From contig JBHLMP010000050.1 of the NCBI GenBank assembly GCA_048938025.1, forward strand, positions 5,191-27,653: a DNA stretch of 22,463 nt, written 5' to 3'. Below the pieces are notes generated by a model. It was not told where the DNA came from. It searched no databases and was given only the letters and a program-made list of their open reading frames with translations. A program made the position numbers and the translations under genes. Numbering within the stretch: the stretch's first letter is position 1; every line of letters starts with the position of its first letter. This DNA is from Promethearchaeota archaeon. Lineage in GTDB: Archaea; Asgardarchaeota; Lokiarchaeia; Sigyniarchaeales; SOKP01. Shown piece after piece: positions 15,722-22,463 of this stretch.

Positions 15722-16771
15722 ATGAAAATCGCTAGATATTATAGTAATGATGATGTTCGAGTAGATCATATGTTAAAACCTATTATTGGACCAGGAGAAT
15801 TCTTAGTTAAGGTGAAAAAGTCTGGAATTTGTGGCTCTGATATTCTCGAATATTACCGATTTGCTAAAATGAAAAAATTAGGTGTAAATTCTTTAGTATT
15901 GGGTCATGAAATTGCAGGAGATATTGTTGAGATAAGCGATACTATAAAACATCTTAAAGTGGGAGATCGAGTTTTTGTATCACATCATGTTCCATGCTTT
16001 GAATGTCATTACTGTAACCAAGGACATCATACTGCTTGTGATTTACTCCATAACACAAATTTTGATCCTGGGGGCTTTGCAGAATATGTTCGAGTCCCAA
16101 AAGTTAATATAGAAAAAAAAGGGGTATATGTTTTAGATAAAAGTGTATCATATGAAGAAGCCGTATTTATTGAACCCCTTGGTTGTGTGTGTCGTGCTCA
16201 AAGATTAGCTAATGTTAAAAAGGGTTTAACTGTTCTGATAGTGGGGAGTGGTGTATCTGGTATATTAAATATTCAATTGGCAAAATTAAGAGGTGCAAAA
16301 AAAATAATTGCTACTGATATTAATGAATTCAGATTACAGATGGCGAAAAAATTTGGAGCAGATGTTGCTATTCATGCAAAAGAGGATATCGCAACTGAAC
16401 TAAAAAGAATTAATGAAGGCCGATTAGCAGATATAGTAATCGTTTGTGCTGGTGCTATATCTGCGGCAAAACAAGCTTTAGAATGCGCAGCTCCAGGAAG
16501 CAAAATCATTTTCTTTGCAGTTCCAAAGCCAGGAATAAACCTTGAAGTTCCAATAAATGATTACTGGAGAAATGAAATAACAATTATGACCTCGTATGGT
16601 GCTGCACCTGAAGACCTTTATGAAGCATATAATTGGATCCTCTCTAAAAGAATTAAGGTAGTAGATTTAATCACTCATCGATTCCCACTAAGTAAAGTTG
16701 GAGAGGCGTTTAAAGTAGTATGTGAAGCTGGTGACTCATTAAAGGTGATTTTAGAACCAGATAAAGATTAA
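15722..16771 (+). CDS. Zinc-dependent medium-chain dehydrogenase (sorbitol/threonine dehydrogenase-like)
   Basis: GICGSD, GHE-x-x-G, structural Zn motif CFECHYCNQGHHTAC, EPLGC, GSGVSG and an acidic residue in ATDIN (NAD-type). Confidence 0.92.
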   Translation: MKIARYYSNDDVRVDHMLKPIIGPGEFLVKVKKSGICGSDILEYYRFAKMKKLGVNSLVLGHEIAGDIVEISDTIKHLKVGDRVFVSHHVPCFECHYCNQGHHTACDLLHNTNFDPGGFAEYVRVPKVNIEKKGVYVLDKSVSYEEAVFIEPLGCVCRAQRLANVKKGLTVLIVGSGVSGILNIQLAKLRGAKKIIATDINEFRLQMAKKFGADVAIHAKEDIATELKRINEGRLADIVIVCAGAISAAKQALECAAPGSKIIFFAVPKPGINLEVPINDYWRNEITIMTSYGAAPEDLYEAYNWILSKRIKVVDLITHRFPLSKVGEAFKVVCEAGDSLKVILEPDKD

Positions 16772-16780
16772 AGAATCTAC

Positions 16781-17743
16781 CTATTTATTTGTAATCTCAC
16801 TTCTTTCAAGATGTTTTCTTATTATCCACGATTCCCATAAAGTATAAATGTTTAATAAAAAACCTTCCATTTTCTTTTTTGGAAAGAAAATATCTAATTC
16901 TAATAGCTGTTTGAGTTTCTCTTCAAAATCCAATTTAAAATTCAAAGTTTTTAACGCTTCGTCAACTCTTTTCTGATTATCATTAATCTTTTTCCTCATA
17001 TAATTAAATGGGCTTCTATCTGGATTCTTAGCAATATAAGAATGGCTAGAAGTTAAAAATTCTGCCTTTTTAATATAGAGGTCTTCCGCATAATTAATAT
17101 CACTCATGTATTGTTCAATAGAGCATTCCTTAAAACCATACCAAGGTCCAAAACCATCTACATCCCGTTTTGGCTGATCAAATCCTAGGCAACTTATATG
17201 TAGAATTTTTTCATTGGGTAAAAATAAACCTACATGTGCTTTTGAATGACCTGGAAATGAGATTGTCTCAACAATGAAATTTTCAAAGTTTAATGAATCC
17301 CCTGGCTCAAAAGGATTTACATTATTACATTTATGAAAGCCATTTAATTCACCAAATTTCTCTATATCTGAATAATTCATTGCTTCATTAAATCCAAAAC
17401 CTTCAAAAAAATTATGAAGATTCAATAAATATGATGCTTCAGGATTTGGAGCATGCACAATAATTCCAAGTTGTTCCCATATATACACATGAGATGTATG
17501 ATCTATATGTCCGTGAGTACAAACATAATTCGAAACGGGACCGTAAATTTGATTTAATATTTTTATGTATCTTGGTTCAATATTGGCATCAAGAACTATA
17601 GTTTTAGAATTTCTACCATCCTTTGGTAAAATAATCAAACCATCACACGTGGAAAAATTGCCTTTTGCCTTTATCTGATGAACCAATAAAATATCATTAG
17701 TTACATTTTTAATTTCCAGATTATCAATTAATGGGGTACTCAT
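16781..17743 (-). CDS. Metallo-beta-lactamase-fold hydrolase
   Basis: THGHIDH (HxHxDH), PGHS and a later SSH motif. Confidence 0.85.
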   Translation of the reverse strand: MSTPLIDNLEIKNVTNDILLVHQIKAKGNFSTCDGLIILPKDGRNSKTIVLDANIEPRYIKILNQIYGPVSNYVCTHGHIDHTSHVYIWEQLGIIVHAPNPEASYLLNLHNFFEGFGFNEAMNYSDIEKFGELNGFHKCNNVNPFEPGDSLNFENFIVETISFPGHSKAHVGLFLPNEKILHISCLGFDQPKRDVDGFGPWYGFKECSIEQYMSDINYAEDLYIKKAEFLTSSHSYIAKNPDRSPFNYMRKKINDNQKRVDEALKTLNFKLDFEEKLKQLLELDIFFPKKKMEGFLLNIYTLWESWIIRKHLERSEITNK

Positions 17744-17795
17744 ATCAATAATGCTTCTTTTCTAATCTTATAAGAATAAAAAAAGAAAATGAAAA

Positions 17796-18587
17796 TTATA
17801 ATCCAACCGGACCATTTTTATAGATTTCAAATGCCTCATCGACAGAAGCATTCTCATGAACAATGGCACGAACAGCTTGGATCATTCCAATAGGTTTATC
17901 AGATTGAAAAATATTCCTTCCCATGTCTACGCCAACTGCATTTGCATCAATTGCATTCTTGGCCATCTGTAAAGCGTCTCTTTCTGATATTTTCTTGCCT
18001 CCTGCAATTACTATGGGAACAGGACAAATACTAGTTACTTCTTCAAAATTTTCACAATAGTATGTCTTTACAAATGTAGCACCCATTTCAGCAGCTAACC
18101 TACTTGCCATTCCCAAATAGCGAGCATCTCTAACCATTTCTCGTCCTACTGCAGTTACTGCTAACACGGGTATTGAATATTCTTGGCCCCAATTGACCAA
18201 TTTTGATAAATTCATAATAGTCTGCTTTTCAAATTCTCCACCAACAAAAACCGAGCAAGTTATGGCAGATACATTCAATCTAATAGCATCTTCAATTGTT
18301 ACATTAATATCTTCATTGGAGAGCTCTTTTAACATGCTTGCTCCTGCTGAAACTCGTAAAACAATAGGAATATCAAAATTAGGTGAAACACAGCTTCTTA
18401 ACATACCACGAGTAAGCATTAAAGCATCAGCATATTGAAATAAGGGTTCTAAATCACCAAAACATTTTAACTGTCCTGGAACATTCCCAAAATACCCATG
18501 ATCCACAGCTAGCATTACGCAGTGTCCACTTTTCGGTTTTATTATGCGAGCTAATCTGTTTTGCATTCCCCAATCCATATTATTCAC
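17796..18587 (-). CDS. lsrF: LsrF-like class I aldolase/thiolase (3-hydroxy-5-phosphonooxypentane-2,4-dione thiolase family)
   Basis: MDWGMQNRLARII, VMLAVDHGYF, TRG-x-LRS, VTAVG-x-x-M-x-RDARY, AEMGA-x-x-VKTYY (Schiff-base Lys), CPVPIVIAGGKK and GVDMGRNIFQS. The start may be ATG 18578 rather than GTG 18587. Confidence 0.9.
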   Translation of the reverse strand: MNNMDWGMQNRLARIIKPKSGHCVMLAVDHGYFGNVPGQLKCFGDLEPLFQYADALMLTRGMLRSCVSPNFDIPIVLRVSAGASMLKELSNEDINVTIEDAIRLNVSAITCSVFVGGEFEKQTIMNLSKLVNWGQEYSIPVLAVTAVGREMVRDARYLGMASRLAAEMGATFVKTYYCENFEEVTSICPVPIVIAGGKKISERDALQMAKNAIDANAVGVDMGRNIFQSDKPIGMIQAVRAIVHENASVDEAFEIYKNGPVGL

Positions 18588-18694
18588 TTCTTATGCATTT
18601 CTTAAGGTTTCAAATTGGTTGTTTTTTATTAATTAATGATCTTTATTTTACTTTTTCGATATAAAAATAAATCTTAGAAAGAGAAATTTAAGAA

Positions 18695-19546
18695 TTAAAG
18701 AGAAGATAAAAACTCCTCAACTTTAGTTTTTATTCTTGATACTAATCTTGGAGAATAATGACGCTTGATAAATTCTTTAATTAATATTAAACGATTTTGA
18801 TTCATTCTTGGCATTAAAGCCTCTCTAGAAACTTGTTCAATTAGGTCCTCCTCATAAATCTCATTAACTTCTTCAAGAATATGTTTAGCCTGTTCAGCTT
18901 CTTTTATAAAAATAGCAATTCTCTGTTGTAAAAGATGTAATTGCTCTTCTTCATTTATAATTTCTAAAGCTCTTTTTACGATTTCTTCTTCAAATTTTAG
19001 TTTTTCTTTCCATGGTGTCTGTAAGATATTTTGTGTGAGAGAATCTATTAAAAGAGCATTTTTTTCTTTCAGTTTTATGTTACTATAATCACTTTCTTTT
19101 AGCAACCGAATGTTATTCTGTTCTCTATATTTTTCAGGTAATATTCTATTGCCAATCAAATTCAATAGTTGTTCAGTGGGCGCAAAATTCTCATTTTTTA
19201 TAATATAAGAGGGATAATTTAAAATTTTAGCATGCATCAAACTAAGAACTCCATAAGTTCCAAAAAGCTGGATTAATTTTCGAAGGGTTAATATTCCTGC
19301 TGCTTCCTTTTCAGTTTCAACAGGAGTCACTAACATTGCAATATCTATTTTCTCATAGCCCCTCACCATACCTTTAGTATCTAGAAATACTATAAATTGG
19401 TGTTTTGGACATACAGCATTAACGGGGACTTGTATTTTAATTGTACCAAACTTTTTCTGGGAGAATAATGATTCTGGTATGTTAATACTCTTAGTTTCTC
19501 CACATGTTGGACAAATTACTTCAATTTTCTTGAAAGCTTCCAGCAT
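18695..19546 (-). CDS. Hypothetical protein with N-terminal zinc-ribbon (CPTC...CPKH)
   Basis: ICPTCGETKSINIP...VCPKHQFIVFLD-x-x-x-x-VRGYEKID, followed by an alpha/beta region and a helical region. ATG 19546 preferred over TTG 19561. Confidence 0.7.
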   Translation of the reverse strand: MLEAFKKIEVICPTCGETKSINIPESLFSQKKFGTIKIQVPVNAVCPKHQFIVFLDTKGMVRGYEKIDIAMLVTPVETEKEAAGILTLRKLIQLFGTYGVLSLMHAKILNYPSYIIKNENFAPTEQLLNLIGNRILPEKYREQNNIRLLKESDYSNIKLKEKNALLIDSLTQNILQTPWKEKLKFEEEIVKRALEIINEEEQLHLLQQRIAIFIKEAEQAKHILEEVNEIYEEDLIEQVSREALMPRMNQNRLILIKEFIKRHYSPRLVSRIKTKVEEFLSSL

Positions 19547-19645
19547 ATTAATTATACACAATTTTTTCTATTAATTATATTACATTATCTCTTATTTTAA
19601 ATTGTTTTTCCTCTTTTAATTATTAAATTCCTTAAGTGTCGAATC

Positions 19646-19858
19646 TTGAGAGTAATAGGAATAGATAACGATAAATGTATTAAATGTGTAAAATGCGTCG
19701 AAATATGCCCACTCGCCTTATTTTATAAACCTCCTACCAAGGTGGGGGAAAAAAGACAAGTAATTTTTGAGGATCCAAATGGATATTGCAGTGAATGTGA
19801 ACTCTGCATAGAAATTTGTCCAACAGATGCCATATTGGTTATTGATAACCCTAATTAG
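19646..19858 (+). CDS. 2x[4Fe-4S] ferredoxin
   Basis: CIKCVKCVEICP and CSECELCIEICP. TTG start. Confidence 0.9.
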   Translation: MRVIGIDNDKCIKCVKCVEICPLALFYKPPTKVGEKRQVIFEDPNGYCSECELCIEICPTDAILVIDNPN

Positions 19859-19880
19859 TAAAATGATAAACAAAGTGACA

Positions 19881-20606
19881 TTAATTTTTTTTTTCTGAAT
19901 TTAAAAGGTTATCAAATCTCTCTTTCCAGTCTTTAAATTCTAACACATAATTATAACCACATACTATCTCTATTTCATGTTTTCTAAGAAAATTCTCTAG
20001 TTTGGTAGCACCTGCTTTAGTAGCTTTTAAAGGTCCGTAAGGATTATACATTATTTCTTTATTCTTAAGAAAAAAATAATCACAAATAAAAAGAACATCT
20101 TCGAATATATAAAAAGTGAACCCAGGTGTGTGTCCATCTATGTGAAATGCTTTAATTCCAGATAACTCGAAGTTTTGTTCAAATTTTTTATCAAAAGGGT
20201 GTCTACTGGCAAGTGCGTGCTCTGAATCTTTCTTATGAATCCAAATAAATGTTGTAAAATAATCTCTAAAAAGATTTGAAGCACCAAGAAAATGGTGATG
20301 CGTAAATAATATTTTATCCATCAATTCAAGGTCCTTGCTAAATGTAGAAGGGCAATCAATCCAAATAAACTTTCCATTTATTTCAATACTGTAAGCAGCA
20401 TGTTCGAGCCCTAAGGGTGGTAAGGAATTTAACTGCGTCACTTTATTATTTACTTTGGTGGAAACAATTTTATATTTTTGAGAACATTCTTCTGCGGTAA
20501 TAAAATGATCATTTGAAGCTCCACAAAATGGACAGAATTCTGGATAGTATCCTATTATGTTAAAACCACATACCTTACATACATATTGCTCTGCTAAGCA
20601 AACCAT
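19881..20606 (-). CDS. Rubredoxin-like domain fused to a degenerate MBL-fold domain
   Basis: YVCKVCG...PEFCPFCGA (short rubrerythrin-type rubredoxin), then WIDCP, ILFTHHHFLGA, IWIH-x-x-D, GHTPG and LFICD. Confidence 0.8.
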   Translation of the reverse strand: MVCLAEQYVCKVCGFNIIGYYPEFCPFCGASNDHFITAEECSQKYKIVSTKVNNKVTQLNSLPPLGLEHAAYSIEINGKFIWIDCPSTFSKDLELMDKILFTHHHFLGASNLFRDYFTTFIWIHKKDSEHALASRHPFDKKFEQNFELSGIKAFHIDGHTPGFTFYIFEDVLFICDYFFLKNKEIMYNPYGPLKATKAGATKLENFLRKHEIEIVCGYNYVLEFKDWKERFDNLLNSEKKN

Positions 20607-20762
20607 AGCTTTGCCCTTAATTAAGTCCTACCTTTTTTATTATTTTGTTCTCCTACTCTTTTAGTAAATAATTTTAATTTAGATTAATCCTTAAGTTTTT
20701 CATACTGTATCTTAATTTTTATTAAGTATAATTTTATTTAAAAAAACATTTAGGACTGCTCT

Positions 20763-22067
20763 ATGAATATTAATATAACAGAAGAAGATTCAAAATATTT
20801 GTATGGTTTTGTTCAGGGGATTATTGAGGAAGTTGGACCAAGGATGCCATGCAGTCCTCAAGAAGTTAAAGCATCAGAAATAATTAAAAGAGAATTTGAA
20901 AAATCCTGCGATAAAACCGTTGTAGAGTCATTTACATGTCATCCTAAGGCTTTTCTGGGTTGGATTAAACTTGACATGGTTTTGGTGATTATGTCGTTTT
21001 TGTTTTATTTTTTAATTCAATTGTTAATTGAATACATCTGGGTGTTGATATTAACGATTTGTTCATTTCTATTAATTTTATTACCATTTTTAATTATGTG
21101 GGAAGAATTCTTCAATTACAAAGAGTTTATCGATCCCATTTTTCGGAAAAAATCATCTCAAAATGTAATAGGAAGTTTCGAGCCAAAAGGAGAACTTAAA
21201 AAAATCTTCATTTTTTCAAGTCACATGGATTCAGCTATTGAATTTAAGTTATTAAAACTTTTAGGATGGGGTTTTATACCACTTGCTTTTGGAGCAATAC
21301 TGATAATGTTGATGTGGATAATCCTTTCCTGCTTGAATTTAATATTTATAATTGTTGGCTTGATTAAGCTTAAATCTCTATTTTTCCATGTAGCTGTTTG
21401 GACGCTTATAATAGGAAGTCCATGTTTTATAGGGCTTTTTTTCTTTGTGCCTTTAGGAGATAAAGGAAATGTTGTTCCTGGAGCTGTAGATAATCTTAGC
21501 AGTTGTTCAGTTATCCAAGGATTAGGGCAATATTTAAAAAATCATAGAGATATAATACCAGATAACACAGAAGTAAGACTTATAAGCTTTGGGTGTGAAG
21601 AAAGTGGGTTAAGGGGCGCTTATAGATATACAACCGCCCATTTAGAAGAATTACAGAAATATGACGCCAATATAGTGAATATGGATGGTCTTGAAACCCC
21701 AAATGGCTTTTACATAATAGAATTCGAACCTACAACACGAACTTGGCACTCAGAAGAGGTTATTCAGAAACTTTTAAAAGCAGCTGAAGATGTGGGTATT
21801 GAAGCTAAACGATTTGGAGCAGGAAAATTAGAAAAAACGCTAGGACGCCTAAGTGGAGGTTCTGATGCCGCGGCATTTTCAAAAGCAGGTATTAAAGCAG
21901 GATTTCTAAATTCTGCTGATTGGAAAACACGATCAAGATATTATCATCAATCTACAGATACAATAGACAAAATTAAGCCTGGGACTTTAGAAGCTGCCTT
22001 AAGAATTTGTGTTGCTTATCTAATGAATGAAAAAATTGCTATAAATAATAAATCCAACTATTCCTAA
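20763..22067 (+). CDS. M28-family metallopeptidase with inserted transmembrane segments
   Basis: GPR-x-x-x-S-x-x-E, SHMDS, GAVDNLSS, GCEESGLRG, NMDG, SDA and YYHQSTDT. Two hydrophobic hairpins lie inside the catalytic domain. Confidence 0.88.
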   Translation: MNINITEEDSKYLYGFVQGIIEEVGPRMPCSPQEVKASEIIKREFEKSCDKTVVESFTCHPKAFLGWIKLDMVLVIMSFLFYFLIQLLIEYIWVLILTICSFLLILLPFLIMWEEFFNYKEFIDPIFRKKSSQNVIGSFEPKGELKKIFIFSSHMDSAIEFKLLKLLGWGFIPLAFGAILIMLMWIILSCLNLIFIIVGLIKLKSLFFHVAVWTLIIGSPCFIGLFFFVPLGDKGNVVPGAVDNLSSCSVIQGLGQYLKNHRDIIPDNTEVRLISFGCEESGLRGAYRYTTAHLEELQKYDANIVNMDGLETPNGFYIIEFEPTTRTWHSEEVIQKLLKAAEDVGIEAKRFGAGKLEKTLGRLSGGSDAAAFSKAGIKAGFLNSADWKTRSRYYHQSTDTIDKIKPGTLEAALRICVAYLMNEKIAINNKSNYS

Positions 22068-22262
22068 AACCTATTATCTATACTCTAAATCCAAAAGAAA
22101 TTGACGTATTTTAAATTTCTTACCACTAAAATGTGAGTTTTACTACTATTTTTTATGATTTACTAGTAATAATCAAAAAAACATTTTTATAATACAAAAA
22201 TTGGATTTTTATTAGGAAATTTTCCTAAATATATTAAAAATTAATATTTGGAGAAAAAAAAA

Positions 22263-22463
22263 ATGAGTGTTGTAAATCAAATAATGAGTAATATTAAGGA
22301 GGAAATTACTAGTCCAGAACCTTCTAGTAAACAAATCATAACCTATTTAAGTGATCTACGGATTAAAGAAGAATATCAATCGATTACTGATTCTGAATTT
22401 TATGATATTGTCGGAGAGACTTTTAAATTAAATCCTGAGTTTTTTATGAACCATATTTATCCA
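22263..22463 (+). CDS. Hypothetical protein, 5' fragment running off the window end
   Basis: ATG 22263 is open for 67 codons to the edge: MSVVNQIMSNIKEEITSPEPSSKQIITYLSDLRIKEEYQSITDSEFYDIVGETFKLNPEFFMNHIYP. Confidence 0.65.
   Translation, partial: MSVVNQIMSNIKEEITSPEPSSKQIITYLSDLRIKEEYQSITDSEFYDIVGETFKLNPEFFMNHIYP

Noticed and set aside
4933-18438. Other short opposite-strand ORFs (4933-5133, 7348-7620, 10635-10844, 12049-12564, 12784-12984, 13234-13572, 18193-18438)
   Set aside because: Each lies wholly or mostly antisense to a gene with clear family motifs.
1-22463. CRISPR array, IS element, rRNA or long tandem repeat
   Set aside because: No regularly spaced repeats, transposase motifs, terminal inverted repeats or long GC-rich structural RNA were seen by eye.

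Overview
AT-rich archaeal chromosomal segment with about 25 CDSs and one tRNA. I found no transposase, integrase, CRISPR array or rRNA. The source is most likely an Asgard archaeon of the Lokiarchaeia. This is inferred from Ftr, an archaeal-type Hsp20, a tRNA intron with a bulge-helix-bulge (BHB) motif, a longin/uDENN-like protein and a CxxC...CxxH zinc-ribbon protein. Recognisable genes encode a transglutaminase-like protein, Ftr, a P-loop ATPase, Hsp20, a PAP2 phosphatase, a methanogenesis-marker-9-like Cys-rich protein, a PhnN-like kinase, DtxR and RHH regulators, an MFS transporter, an Fno-like reductase, a DUF1028 Ntn-hydrolase, a Zn-dependent dehydrogenase, two MBL-fold proteins, LsrF, a ferredoxin and a membrane M28 peptidase. 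Best leads: (1) an MFS transporter tightly linked to an uncharacterised two-gene Fe-S/Cys-His metalloprotein pair, followed by an Fno-like gene, as a candidate uptake-and-conversion module; (2) tRNA-His(GUG) with a 30-nt intron in the variable loop (45/46) and an apparent G15-G48 pair; (3) a longin/uDENN-like plus helical-repeat protein; (4) an ATPase with a possibly degenerate nuclease-fold tail and a GC-rich, hairpin-rich 5' coding region; (5) orphan phnN and lsrF genes; (6) a 52-aa ORF missing from the supplied track. All family assignments come from reading motifs by eye; no database searches were run.
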